Source: a virus
Length of the DNA stretch: 48,617 nt
Virus genome (UHGV): UHGV-1497260
Strand: one strand, 5' to 3'
Shown here: piece by piece, positions 36,470 to 45,621 of the stretch
Layout: every line of letters starts with the position of its first letter
Position numbering within the stretch: position 1 is the stretch's first letter
Translations under genes and position numbers: made by a program
The notes under the pieces: model-generated
Databases searched by the model: none
Seen by the model: the letters and a program-made list of their open reading frames with translations, nothing else
Told to the model about the DNA's origin: nothing

Positions 36470-38095
36470 GTGGCTACAGAATGGAATTTTGATTTTAAGG
36501 CAGAAGCACAACCAATTACTCTAAAAGCAGGTAAATATAAATTAGAGTGTTGGGGAGCTCATGGAAGGGTTTGGACTGGAGATTCTCCATCCAATGGAGG
36601 ATACTCTTATGGGGAACTTACATTAAAAAAAGAAACTACATTATATGTATACACAGGTGCTGCTGGTTCTAGTAATAAATATGAAGAATTTACATTTAAT
36701 GGAGGAGGACTTGGTGTTAATAGTGGAGGAGGTGGAGCAACTGATATAAGACTTGTCAATGGAGATTGGAATAATGAACAAGGTCTTTTGTCTAGGATAA
36801 TTGTTGCTGGTGGTGGTGGAGGCGCATTTAGTAAAACTCCTGCTGGCAAAGGTGGTGGTTTTAAAGGCGGAAATAGTACTAATGATGATAACAGTTCGAT
36901 GCTTATTGTACCTGGTGGTACACAATATGATGGAGGTAGAGGTTATTATGATGAATGGGATGGTGTTTTTGGTTGTGGTGGAGGTTCTATTCTTGGTTTA
37001 GAACGAGGTAAATACCCTTATAATTCAGGTGGAGGTGGATGGTTTGGTGGTGCAGGTGCTAGAAATACTTCAAGTGGTGGAGGTGGAAGTGGCTATGTAT
37101 TAACTAAAGATAGCTATAAACCTGTTGGATATATACCTACATCTGAATATTGGTTAGAAAATGTTGGTAGTATTACTGGGGGTAATACTGCTAAAGTAAA
37201 TGGTTATGCTAAGATAACATTACTGCAAGCATTACCAATTTTAACTATATCTTCTTATAATTCCACACAAGCAACATTTAAAGCAGACCACACAGACCCT
37301 ACACTATTAACTAAAATAGAATATTTTATAGATGATGTACTAAAAGAAACTATAACAACAGATTTAACTCTTGAAAAAACAATTAACTATACATTAGAAG
37401 ATAATGCTCTACACACACTTAAAATAGTCGTTACAGACAGTAATAATGCTACAGCTGAAAAAGTGTTAAGTATAAGTAAGAATATAATGCCACTGCCCGA
37501 AAATGTAAATTTGCAAGACATATCTTCTAAACTAATTGAAATTAATACAGGATTTAAAACTGGTAAAACAAGTATTATAAACACTTTAGCATTAAAGAAT
37601 ATAGAAGCAAGTTTAAATAATACACTTGTTGAGTTATCAGAGAAAATAAAAACAAGTTTTGATAGTTCAGACGCTAGTGTGCAGGAGTTGCAAAATAGGA
37701 TAACAGAATTGACTAATCAGTTAAGTCAAAGGATTAAATATGCAACGGGTACTTATACTATACCAGATGGCACTAGTAGTTTAGTTGTTCCAACTAATTT
37801 AACTTTTGTGCCAAAGACTATTATAGTTAAAATATTTTCTGTAAAAGATGGTTCTAATCCTTCTAAAACTCTTAGTGCTTATCCTTGTATGACTGGTGTA
37901 AATCAAAATCTTAGATATGACAATGGTTCATATACTCGCGTTATTGGTAATGCGAGTATTAGAGATGTTACTGCTGACAGTTTTAAGATTGAACTTGGTA
38001 AAAGTGATTTTAACGCTGGGGTTGAGTTTCCTTTTACGTTTTATAGTAAAACTTTTAGATGGTATGCGTTAGATATAGAATTTTTAAATAATTAA
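36470..38095 (+). CDS. glycine-rich tail fibre / receptor-binding protein
   Basis: multiple GGGG runs (GGGGATDIRL, AGGGGGAF, SGGGGWFGGAGA, SGGGGSGY). Confidence 0.55.
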   Translation: MATEWNFDFKAEAQPITLKAGKYKLECWGAHGRVWTGDSPSNGGYSYGELTLKKETTLYVYTGAAGSSNKYEEFTFNGGGLGVNSGGGGATDIRLVNGDWNNEQGLLSRIIVAGGGGGAFSKTPAGKGGGFKGGNSTNDDNSSMLIVPGGTQYDGGRGYYDEWDGVFGCGGGSILGLERGKYPYNSGGGGWFGGAGARNTSSGGGGSGYVLTKDSYKPVGYIPTSEYWLENVGSITGGNTAKVNGYAKITLLQALPILTISSYNSTQATFKADHTDPTLLTKIEYFIDDVLKETITTDLTLEKTINYTLEDNALHTLKIVVTDSNNATAEKVLSISKNIMPLPENVNLQDISSKLIEINTGFKTGKTSIINTLALKNIEASLNNTLVELSEKIKTSFDSSDASVQELQNRITELTNQLSQRIKYATGTYTIPDGTSSLVVPTNLTFVPKTIIVKIFSVKDGSNPSKTLSAYPCMTGVNQNLRYDNGSYTRVIGNASIRDVTADSFKIELGKSDFNAGVEFPFTFYSKTFRWYALDIEFLNN

Positions 38096-38112
38096 TAATA
38101 TGAGGTGATGAT

Positions 38113-38406
38113 ATGAATAGAGGAAATAGAGTAATTTATAATCAAGACGGAAAGATATTACTCCAAACAGGAGAAGCAACAGGGGATATATTAGAGCATG
38201 ATACAATAACAGAATTACATTATATTGATGTTGGATACGGAAATATAGACTATAGTAAACAGTATATAGAATCTATAAATCCAATAACAAAAGAACCTAT
38301 TTTAAAAGATATTCCAATCTATTTAAGCGAAGAAGAAAAGAGAATACAAGAGTTAGAAAATCAATTACTAATTGCAGAAAATGAAAAAGTGGGAGGATTA
38401 TTATAA
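38113..38406 (+). CDS. hypothetical tail-associated protein
   Basis: ORF. Confidence 0.4.
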   Translation: MNRGNRVIYNQDGKILLQTGEATGDILEHDTITELHYIDVGYGNIDYSKQYIESINPITKEPILKDIPIYLSEEEKRIQELENQLLIAENEKVGGLL

Positions 38407-38588
38407 TGAATATAAATAATGTTGTAGTAAGAATATTAGCAGAGAGAATATTAAACAAAGGATTAAACCCTCTAAAAAATCGAGAATTTGAATTAGATGA
38501 CGTAACTAACACAGAGTATAGAAAAGCAGTAGAGGATTATATAATTAAACAGAGTGGAGTAGTAGAAGGAATAGAACCAACAGCGTAG
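38406..38588 (+). CDS. small XkdX-like protein
   Basis: size and position. Confidence 0.35.
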   Translation: MNINNVVVRILAERILNKGLNPLKNREFELDDVTNTEYRKAVEDYIIKQSGVVEGIEPTA

Positions 38589-38620
38589 TAGGTTCTTTTT
38601 TTATTGAAAGAGGTGATTAA

Positions 38621-39187
38621 ATGACTTTTAAGGAGTTAGTTAATAAAGTTAGAAATCTTGTATTAGAAGCAAAGAATGTAACTATAGAAGATACAGAAAG
38701 TAAATTTACAAGTGAAAATGTAGAAGGAGCATTGAAAGAATGTATAGATAGAGCAGATGAGGCTTTTCAAGAAGCCGATAGTGGAAAAACACTTTTATCA
38801 ACTGCTATCGGCTCTCCTGCTACACCAGAACAAACATTTCAAGATTATGCGAACTATATTACAGGATTTAAGAGCAATATAAGCAATTTAGAAACTCAAT
38901 TGAAAAGCAAATATTCTATTAGACATGGTCCCATTGATGGAGATGATAGGAATCCTTTTTCTGCTAATTTTGGCAAGAGTGCAAGTTACCTTATTGTCTA
39001 TGTTTACTTTAGAAGAAATGTATATTATTATAATCCCAGTGGTAGTTCTTTAGGAAGTAGTACAGGAGGCTCTGAACGTGCCTGGATTACTATAGATAGC
39101 AATAAAACTGGTTTTTCAGTTCATTCATATGATACTAATTATGAGTCATATACTTTTACAGGTTATTATATTGCTTGTTTCGCATAA
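38621..39187 (+). CDS. hypothetical protein
   Basis: ORF with GAGGTGA ribosome-binding site. Confidence 0.4.
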   Translation: MTFKELVNKVRNLVLEAKNVTIEDTESKFTSENVEGALKECIDRADEAFQEADSGKTLLSTAIGSPATPEQTFQDYANYITGFKSNISNLETQLKSKYSIRHGPIDGDDRNPFSANFGKSASYLIVYVYFRRNVYYYNPSGSSLGSSTGGSERAWITIDSNKTGFSVHSYDTNYESYTFTGYYIACFA

Positions 39188-39217
39188 TAAATTATATTAT
39201 TAAAACTAGGAGGATGT

Positions 39218-39508
39218 ATGGAAGAAATTAGCATAAATCTATTATGTGCAGTTGCAGGAGTTGTAATATCCTACTTAGCATTTAGAAATAGTTCAAACAG
39301 AAAGATACAAGATGATACAGAAACAACTACAAAATTAGAACAACAAATAACTTTTCTGTGTGAGAATGTAAGAGATATAAAGCATGATGTAGCAAAGTTT
39401 AATACAAGTTTCTTAGATATCAGTGAACGAGTTGCAAAAGTAGAAGCAAGTACAAAACAAGCACATCTTAGAATTGATGAAATTATAAATAGAATTGGAG
39501 GAAAATAA
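39218..39508 (+). CDS. membrane-anchored coiled-coil protein (XhlA/hemolysin-like lysis accessory)
   Basis: N-terminal transmembrane segment INLLCAVAGVVISYLAF, then a coiled coil; position before the holin. Confidence 0.4.
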   Translation: MEEISINLLCAVAGVVISYLAFRNSSNRKIQDDTETTTKLEQQITFLCENVRDIKHDVAKFNTSFLDISERVAKVEASTKQAHLRIDEIINRIGGK

Positions 39509-39511
39509 AAG

Positions 39512-39769
39512 ATGGATAATTTAATAAGTTTTATACCAGAGCAGTTACTAATTTTAGTAGCTGCTCTTTATGTTATAGGAGCAGGTTGCAAGAAATATAA
39601 GCAATTAGATAATAAATATATTCCAGTAGTGTTATTGATACTTGGTATAGGTTTCTCAATATGGATGCTAGGATTAAATCCTAACGCAGTCTTACAGGGA
39701 ATAATTTGTTGGGGAATATCAATAGGTATAAATCAAACTTACAAACAATTAAAGGAGGAAAACAAATAA
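39512..39769 (+). CDS. holin
   Basis: 85 aa with two transmembrane segments and a charged C-terminus; immediately upstream of the endolysin. Confidence 0.6.
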   Translation: MDNLISFIPEQLLILVAALYVIGAGCKKYKQLDNKYIPVVLLILGIGFSIWMLGLNPNAVLQGIICWGISIGINQTYKQLKEENK

Positions 39770-40584
39770 TGAAAATAGGTATAAATTGTGGACATACAAA
39801 AACAGGACCAGGAAGTGGAGCTATAGGTAAAATAAATGAGTCAATAGAAACTAGGAATGTAGGATATAAAGTAATTGATAAATTAAAAAAACTAGGCAAT
39901 AATGTAGTCGATTGTACTATAGATAAAGCATCTACTCAATCAGAATGTTTATCTAAGATAACAGCACAAGCTAATAGACAAGATTTAGATTGGTTCATAT
40001 CAATACATTTCAACGCTGGAGGTGGCAAAGGATGTGAAGTTTACACATATAAAGGTAAGCAGTATCAAGATGCTATAGATGTTTGTAAAAAAATCTCTGA
40101 TTTAGGATTTACAAATCGAGGTGTAAAAGATGGAAGTGGATTATATGTAGTAAAGAAAACAAAAGCTAAAAGTATGCTAATAGAAGTATGCTTTGTAGAC
40201 ACCGAAGATGCAAATAAGTATTTGAGTTTAGGAGCTGATAAATTAGCTACTGCAATAGTAGAAGCTATAACTAAACATATAAGTTCAGCAGAAGAAAACA
40301 ATTATAACAGATATAAACATACTATAGTATATTCTGGAGATGATAAAGTATCAGCAGACATTTTAGGATTATATTATAAGAGAGAAAAAGAAAGTTACTT
40401 AGTAACAGATATAAAAGACTATAAGCCACATAGAACACAAAATTTGTATGTAATTGGTGGAGTAACTTGTAATAAAATGAAAGAAATGAGTAAGACTACA
40501 GGAGAAAAATTTACTCAACTATATAGTAATGATGTATGGTCAACAATGGATAAAGCTATAGAATTTGTAAAAGAAAAATTATAA
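39770..40584 (+). CDS. endolysin: N-acetylmuramoyl-L-alanine amidase (Amidase_3) with a CD27L-type C-terminal domain
   Basis: N-terminal MKIGINCGHT...HFNAGGGKG amidase_3 segments; C-terminal YKHTIVYSGDDKVSADILG...DIKDYKPHRTQNLYVIGG resembles the CD27L endolysin C-terminal domain (from memory, not a search). Confidence 0.8.
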
Positions 40585-40655
40585 ATTAAAAGACAACCTT
40601 TAAAAATTAATTGTTAATAAAACTAATAAAATTTTCAACTCAGAAGGAACATTAT

Positions 40656-41762
40656 ATGTTAACATTTTTAGATTTGTTTGCTGGCATTGGAGGTTTTAGG
40701 CTGGGAATGGAAAGAGCAGGACACAAATGCGTAGGCCATTGCGAATACGATAAATTTGCAAACTTAAGTTACAAAGCAATGCATAACCCAAAGGAGGATG
40801 AATGGTTTGAAAAAGACATTAGAGAAATTAGAGCAGAAAATATTCCCAAAGCAGATGTGTGGTGTTTTGGATTCCCATGTCAAGACATTAGCATTGCAGG
40901 GAACAAACTTGGATTCAAAGGAAGTCGTTCAAGTTTATTTTTCTCAGTTACAAAAATTATTAGAGAACTCAAAGAGGAAGATAGACCCAAGTACTTACTT
41001 ATTGAAAACGTTAAAAATTTACTTAGTGTTAATAGAGGATTTGACTTTGCCAAACTTCTCATTGAGTTGGACGAAATCGGCTATGATGCAGAATGGCAAA
41101 ATCTCAATTCTAAAAACTTCAGAGTTCCCCAAAATAGAGACAGAGTGTACATTATTGGACATCTTAGAGGCAGAAGTACAAGAAAAGTATTTCCTATCAC
41201 AGGAACGAGTAGAAAAACTACTCTTAAGCAAATAAATAGTCCTAGCCATAGTTCAAATAGAATTTATGATTCAAGCGGATTATCAAAGTGTTTATTAAGT
41301 AAAGGTGGAAATAACACAGGTCTTTATAAAGTTGGTAATGTCAATCCTAGCGGAAATGGTATAGGAGGACAAGTATATAATAGTAAAGGATTATCTCCAA
41401 CCCTTACAACTGAAAAAGGAGAAAGCCCAAAGATATTGATTAAAGAAAATACTAAAAAAGGACATATTGAGGCAGCTATAGGAGATGGCATAAGACTAGA
41501 TCATATAGGAGGCAAAACGGGGCGTGGAAGAGTTCAACACAAAAGAAGTTGTACTTTGACTACTGCAAGTAATGCTGGCGTAATTGGTAAAAAATTTAGA
41601 GTAAGGAGGTTGACTCCAAAAGAATGTTTTAGGTTACAAGGATTTCCAGACGATTATTACGATAGAGCGGCAAGTGTCTGTTCAGAAACTCAACTATACA
41701 AGCAAGCAGGCAATAGTGTTACTGTAGATGTTGTTGAAGAAATAGCAAAGAAATTAAAATAG
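40656..41762 (+). CDS. DNA (cytosine-5)-methyltransferase, orphan
   Basis: motif I FAGIGGF, motif IV GFPCQDIS, motif VI ENVKNL; no adjacent restriction endonuclease. Confidence 0.85.
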   Translation: MLTFLDLFAGIGGFRLGMERAGHKCVGHCEYDKFANLSYKAMHNPKEDEWFEKDIREIRAENIPKADVWCFGFPCQDISIAGNKLGFKGSRSSLFFSVTKIIRELKEEDRPKYLLIENVKNLLSVNRGFDFAKLLIELDEIGYDAEWQNLNSKNFRVPQNRDRVYIIGHLRGRSTRKVFPITGTSRKTTLKQINSPSHSSNRIYDSSGLSKCLLSKGGNNTGLYKVGNVNPSGNGIGGQVYNSKGLSPTLTTEKGESPKILIKENTKKGHIEAAIGDGIRLDHIGGKTGRGRVQHKRSCTLTTASNAGVIGKKFRVRRLTPKECFRLQGFPDDYYDRAASVCSETQLYKQAGNSVTVDVVEEIAKKLK

Positions 41763-41781
41763 AATATTAATACAATGCAAA

Positions 41782-41828
41782 ATGTGGTAGGTTTTTCCTT
41801 CCACCCTTTGCATTGTATTAGCTTTTTT
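41782..41828 (+). terminator. hairpin AATACAATGCAAA-loop-TTTGCATTGTATT followed by GCTTTTTTGG
   Basis: 13-bp stem with ~24-nt loop and T-run; lies after the methyltransferase gene and before the BlaI-like gene. Confidence 0.55.
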
Positions 41829-41899
41829 GGAATAACTTACCTGTACTATCTTAAATAAAAAAATGCTACTATATTATAAACATTTACAAGGAGTGCATC

Positions 41900-42235
41900 A
41901 TGTTAACACAAAGCTTAAAACGTGGCGAATTAAGTATAATGAAAATCTTTTGGAAAAGAAGTTCAAGCATATCAAAGAAAGAAATTATTCGCCTTTGCAA
42001 TGAAAAATACAAGTGGCGGAAATCTACAACAAAAATTCTACTTAAAAGACTTGTTAAAAAAAGAGTCTTGCTTAAAAGAATTAAATTTTTCCACATATAT
42101 TACATACCTATAGTTACAGAAAAGGAATACATTAAATGTAAAATGAATAATTTAGAGCCAAATTATCTGGATGGATACTTTGTACGATTAATGTCTACTG
42201 CACATAAATTCAAAAATATAGATGAAGAAGATTAA
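41900..42235 (+). CDS. BlaI/MecI/CopY-family repressor, second copy (diverged)
   Basis: ELSIMKIFWKRSSSISKKEIIRLCNEKYKWRKSTTKILLKRLVKKRVL aligns with the 1105-1488 protein (ELLVMMYIWDS...KYEWKKSTMLTFLRRLVGRGFL). Confidence 0.55.
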   Translation: MLTQSLKRGELSIMKIFWKRSSSISKKEIIRLCNEKYKWRKSTTKILLKRLVKKRVLLKRIKFFHIYYIPIVTEKEYIKCKMNNLEPNYLDGYFVRLMSTAHKFKNIDEED

Positions 42236-42245
42236 ATATCTCCCT

Positions 42246-42761
42246 TCATCTGCTCTTCACATATTTTAATAGACTTTCAAGCAATAATTGACTTAACAAA
42301 TCATGTTTATCATAATGTTTATTCTCATCTGCAAATTTATTAAACATTCCCCACACTGTATTATTTACCCTAATTGTAGTTCTTTTTATAGACTGATCTG
42401 GAAGATCTATAGATATATCATTTTCTTTAATGCCATCTATATGACATTTATCATCTTTAGTTTTAAACCATTCTAGCACACTTTTTATATTATCAATTTC
42501 ACTAGATAAATATTTAATATCGTCATCAATCTTACTGCTAATGCTATCTATATGATATTTATCATCATAACTTTTATTATCTTCTACAAACTTGTTTCCA
42601 GTTCTTTTATATCCTTTCTTATTAAGCCACTTCCTTATAGTACTTTCATTTGCCCCTAATTCATCTCCAACTTTTTTAAGACTTTCAAATTTACTTAATT
42701 TATTATTAATACAATCAACAACTTCATTAATATTTTTTTCTTTCAAATCACTCCAAGTCAT
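42246..42761 (-). CDS. HTH-domain protein with internal repeat DDKYHIDSI / DDKCHIDGI
   Basis: HTH-like segment LKKVGDELGANESTIRKWL; GAGGAGG ribosome-binding site before MTWSDL. Confidence 0.5.
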   Translation of the reverse strand: MTWSDLKEKNINEVVDCINNKLSKFESLKKVGDELGANESTIRKWLNKKGYKRTGNKFVEDNKSYDDKYHIDSISSKIDDDIKYLSSEIDNIKSVLEWFKTKDDKCHIDGIKENDISIDLPDQSIKRTTIRVNNTVWGMFNKFADENKHYDKHDLLSQLLLESLLKYVKSR

Positions 42762-42773
42762 ATAAATCCTCCT

Positions 42774-42817
42774 CAAAAAAATAATAGATTACAAATATCA
42801 TATATTTGTAATCTATT
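42774..42817 (-). terminator. intrinsic terminator for parM: 16-bp-arm inverted repeat AATAGATTACAAATAT-cat-ATATTTGTAATCTATT with U-run on the minus strand
   Basis: perfect dyad; the A7 run on the plus strand is a T-run for the minus-strand transcript. Confidence 0.65.
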
Positions 42818-42843
42818 ATACATACTATAAACTAAATCCTTTT

Positions 42844-43749
42844 TTATTTCATCATTTTTTTGTATCCTTTTGCATTTGCAAAAACATGTTTATCTACATC
42901 ACTCATAACTATTATGCCAGGTATATTCTTTTTAAATGCTTCACCTAACAATTTAGCACCTCCACCCATAACAACAACCGCAGCTGTACTAACTGGATAA
43001 TTTAATTTCAATTCATTGTATATTTCTTTAAATAGAGAAATAGATGCATCTATATTTTTCTTTATATCTTGTTTTTCACCATTTAGGTAAAATCCTTTAT
43101 TTATGTAGTCTTGTATTTTTTCTCTTTTTATCTCAACTTTACCTAAAAATCTTTCGTCCATCTCAAGAGATTTCTTTATTGCATCATATATATTTATTGT
43201 TCCCACATTTATAGAATATGGATTAGTTGCTTTATTTCCTTGTACAAGTGCAATATCTGTTGTCTTTCCACCAATATCAACTAAAACAACATCTCTTCCT
43301 GCAACTTGGTCAACTATATCTTTTGCATAATATAAATAGCCTGTAACGCCCTCTGGGAACACTTGAACAGATCTTATTACTATATCTCTTTTAGTAGTTT
43401 CATTTCCTTTTGCAAATTCAACATGATATTCTTTTCCTTGTAATTTTTCAATCAAATCTTTTCTTAATCCTCCAAATTGCTTCACTGGTAGACCTAATGC
43501 TAGATCAATAACTTCATCATCTGTATTTCTGCATATAGCCCCAAGTAAAAGCGGTAAGAAGTTTTCTTTCTCATATTTAACTATATTTATTTCTTCGTCA
43601 CCTTCGCCTAAATAATATGTTTTATTACCTATTTTAATGCTATCTGAATCTGAACCAAAGTTTTTTACCTCTGTAACTTTACTTTCAAAAATATCATCTG
43701 TACTTGTTTTAACTGCATAATTTCCAATATCTATACCTAATTTACTCAT
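42844..43749 (-). CDS. parM: ParM/Alp-family actin-like segregation ATPase
   Basis: N-terminal MSKLGIDIGNYAVK phosphate-1 motif; actin-fold motifs DIGGKTTD and VVMGGGA; paired with a small upstream gene. Confidence 0.75.
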   Translation of the reverse strand: MSKLGIDIGNYAVKTSTDDIFESKVTEVKNFGSDSDSIKIGNKTYYLGEGDEEINIVKYEKENFLPLLLGAICRNTDDEVIDLALGLPVKQFGGLRKDLIEKLQGKEYHVEFAKGNETTKRDIVIRSVQVFPEGVTGYLYYAKDIVDQVAGRDVVLVDIGGKTTDIALVQGNKATNPYSINVGTINIYDAIKKSLEMDERFLGKVEIKREKIQDYINKGFYLNGEKQDIKKNIDASISLFKEIYNELKLNYPVSTAAVVVMGGGAKLLGEAFKKNIPGIIVMSDVDKHVFANAKGYKKMMK

Positions 43750-43768
43750 TTATGTTATTTCCCCCTTA

Positions 43769-43972
43769 TTATTCTAAACTTCCAAAATCAAAATTGTTAG
43801 CTGGATCTTCTATTTCTTTTTTCTGTTCAACTACAGCATTATCCTTTTTTTCATTCATTTTTTCCCAAACAAGCTCTTTTAAATAAGCCGTAGCTGATAA
43901 TTTCTCATCTAAAAACTTTTCAATTGCTTTTTCTTTATCATTGTTTTTAAATGTTAGAACTATCCTACTCAT
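43769..43972 (-). CDS. parR: ParR-like centromere-binding adaptor (ribbon-helix-helix-like N-terminus)
   Basis: 67 aa, directly upstream of parM and directly downstream of an AT-rich repeat region. Confidence 0.5.
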   Translation of the reverse strand: MSRIVLTFKNNDKEKAIEKFLDEKLSATAYLKELVWEKMNEKKDNAVVEQKKEIEDPANNFDFGSLE

Positions 43973-44059
43973 TCAACCACTTCCTTTTTTGTAAAATATT
44001 ATAAAATTTATTAATATTTACATATATTTTACCAAATTTTATACAGTAATTCAATAGAT

Positions 44060-44150
44060 TTATAAGATATTATTTATAAAATTTTATAATTTTTTACGTA
44101 ATTTTATAATATTTTATAAATTTTATCATTTTGTATATAATTAAAAACAC
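44060..44150. repeat. parC-like centromere: multiple ATTTTATAA repeats including the palindrome TTATAAAATTTTATAA
   Basis: sequence reading; upstream of parR. Confidence 0.55.
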
Positions 44151-44167
44151 ACTTTTTATAATTTTGC

Positions 44168-44207
44168 ATAAAAAAAGAGTGTTTCATATATTTCTAAACA
44201 CTCTTTT
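44168..44207. terminator. bidirectional terminator AGAGTGTTT-loop-AAACACTCT flanked by A-run and T-run
   Basis: sequence reading; lies after the 44221-44679 minus-strand gene. Confidence 0.6.
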
Positions 44208-44220
44208 CTACTTTTTATAA

Positions 44221-44679
44221 TTATCTAATTGTAAAAGAAGCTTCAGCTGGACTAGAGAATAATATAATACCTCCTGTACAAACACCTTTTCCTTTAAATT
44301 TAGCAATATATGAACCCTTTTTTAGCCCTTTGAAACTTACTACACCAGTTTTAGTAGTTCCAGCTAATCTAAAACTTACAAATTGAGATGATACAATTTT
44401 GCCAGCCTTATATACATCTATATTTCCTTCAAATCCTAAAATATTTCCAAGCGTAGATGTTACTCTCCAAGATAACTGCCCACCACTCATTGCAGTTAAA
44501 TTAGCAGTACCACCTGGAACAACAACAGATTTAGTCGAAGGCGAATCTGAGTTTGGTTGGCCAATTAATTCAACTGTTTGTGAATTTCCAGTACCTTCAT
44601 AATCATTTCCATCAGCAAAAGCTGTAAATGGAATCATTACTGCACAAAGCGTTAGTAATAAAGCAATTGTTTTTTTCAT
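44221..44679 (-). CDS. secreted protein (signal peptide MKKTIALLLTLCAVMIPFTAFA), unknown function; cargo
   Basis: canonical Sec signal peptide; Gly/Ser/Thr-rich beta-type mature region. Confidence 0.6.
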   Translation of the reverse strand: MKKTIALLLTLCAVMIPFTAFADGNDYEGTGNSQTVELIGQPNSDSPSTKSVVVPGGTANLTAMSGGQLSWRVTSTLGNILGFEGNIDVYKAGKIVSSQFVSFRLAGTTKTGVVSFKGLKKGSYIAKFKGKGVCTGGIILFSSPAEASFTIR

Positions 44680-44713
44680 TTGTTTTCCCCCTATTTTTTT
44701 ATATTATTCTCAA

Positions 44714-45052
44714 TTACAGTTTCCTTTCTTTACGTGCCTTAATAATCATATTGTAATTATACTCAGCAGTTTCAAATGCTCCTACCAAAGGAGTTATAAT
44801 TACACTTTCTATTAAGCACAATTCATCATAGTTTAAACTAGCTTCTCCAGCATAGAAATTATTTAACTTATCTAAATCTATTCTAGTTAAAACGGAAACT
44901 GATTCCATTGAGAATTTGTAAACATCAATAAGTTTATATAATCCACCTATATAGTTTTTTGCTACTTCATGGCTCTTAAAAAATTCATCTTTTCCTGTAT
45001 GTAAATTTACTTCCATAATTCCCTCCATTGTTCTTATATTTTCAACCTTCAA
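44714..45052 (-). CDS. hypothetical cytoplasmic protein upstream of the secreted protein gene
   Basis: ORF; start may be the internal MEGIMEV/MEV. Confidence 0.4.
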   Translation of the reverse strand: MKVENIRTMEGIMEVNLHTGKDEFFKSHEVAKNYIGGLYKLIDVYKFSMESVSVLTRIDLDKLNNFYAGEASLNYDELCLIESVIITPLVGAFETAEYNYNMIIKARKERKL

Positions 45053-45072
45053 ATAATATTTACTTCTTCTTC

Positions 45073-45131
45073 AAAACAGAATATTCTATCACGGTAGAAT
45101 ATTCTGTTTTTTTCATTCTATCATGATAGAA
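45073..45131. promoter_or_regulatory. two palindromes in the promoter region: AAAACAGAATATTCTA-6-TAGAATATTCTGTTTT and TTCTATCATGATAGAA
   Basis: sequence reading. Confidence 0.55.
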
Positions 45132-45381
45132 TAATATTTTCAATCATTTTTTAAATTATATTCTATTTAAATAAAATATAATATAAAAAAGAACACTTAA
45201 TATTTTTCAAGCTAATATATTAAGTGTTCTTTTTTATATTTTTACAAAATTATATAAAATTATTCTTTAATCAATTAAAGTGTTTTTCTATTTCTTAATA
45301 ATAAGAAATGATATAAAATTGTATCATTTTAAAGATTTTGTGATATAATAAAAGCAAGAAGAACTACAATCTATTTAGGCG

Positions 45382-45396
45382 TAGAGTGGAGTTCAT
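45382..45396. repeat. left copy of a 15-bp inverted repeat TAGAGTGGAGTTCAT flanking the toxin locus (partner at 45607-45621)
   Basis: perfect 15-mer reverse complement. Confidence 0.8.
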
Positions 45397-45408
45397 AATA
45401 AACATAGT

Positions 45409-45561
45409 TTATTTTTTGAATTTAAATATAAATTTAAATTCAACCTGTAAGTCACTCTTTGCACGAGAGTGGCTTTTTGCTTTTTTGAATAGTTTACTGA
45501 TTAAGTAAACTACCACGCTAGCTGTTAAACTAGCTAAAACATTAAACAAAAAGTTATCCAT
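45409..45561 (-). CDS. type I toxin-like membrane peptide (50 aa: MDNFLFNVLASLTASVVVYLISKLFKKAKSHSRAKSDLQVEFKFIFKFKK)
   Basis: translated by hand from the reverse complement; N-terminal transmembrane helix plus Lys-rich tail; GAGGGGAGGTGA ribosome-binding site sequestered by an upstream CCTCCC hairpin. Confidence 0.6.
   Translation of the reverse strand: MDNFLFNVLASLTASVVVYLISKLFKKAKSHSRAKSDLQVEFKFIFKFKK
45451..45487 (+). terminator. intrinsic terminator on the plus strand inside and antisense to the toxin ORF; candidate 3-prime end of an antitoxin sRNA
   Basis: GTCACTCT-ttgcacg-AGAGTGGC followed by TTTTTGCTTTTTTG. Confidence 0.55.
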
Positions 45562-45606
45562 GTAACTCACCTCCCCTCGAATCGTTGGGAGGATAATCTT
45601 TTGTAC

Positions 45607-45621
45607 ATGAACTCCACTCTA
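45607..45621. repeat. right copy ATGAACTCCACTCTA of the toxin-flanking inverted repeat
   Basis: perfect 15-mer reverse complement. Confidence 0.8.

Noticed and set aside
36607-37001. Several minus-strand and alternate-frame ORFs (36607-36849, 36641-36925, 36801-37001) in the glycine-rich fibre gene
   Set aside because: Artefacts of the GGT/GGA-rich repeats; Pro-rich or Val-rich translations without start signals.
40798-41235. 145-aa plus-strand ORF in an alternate frame within the methyltransferase gene (also 40880-41062 and 41019-41249 minus)
   Set aside because: Overlaps a gene with complete C5-MTase motifs and has no ribosome-binding site or recognizable motif.
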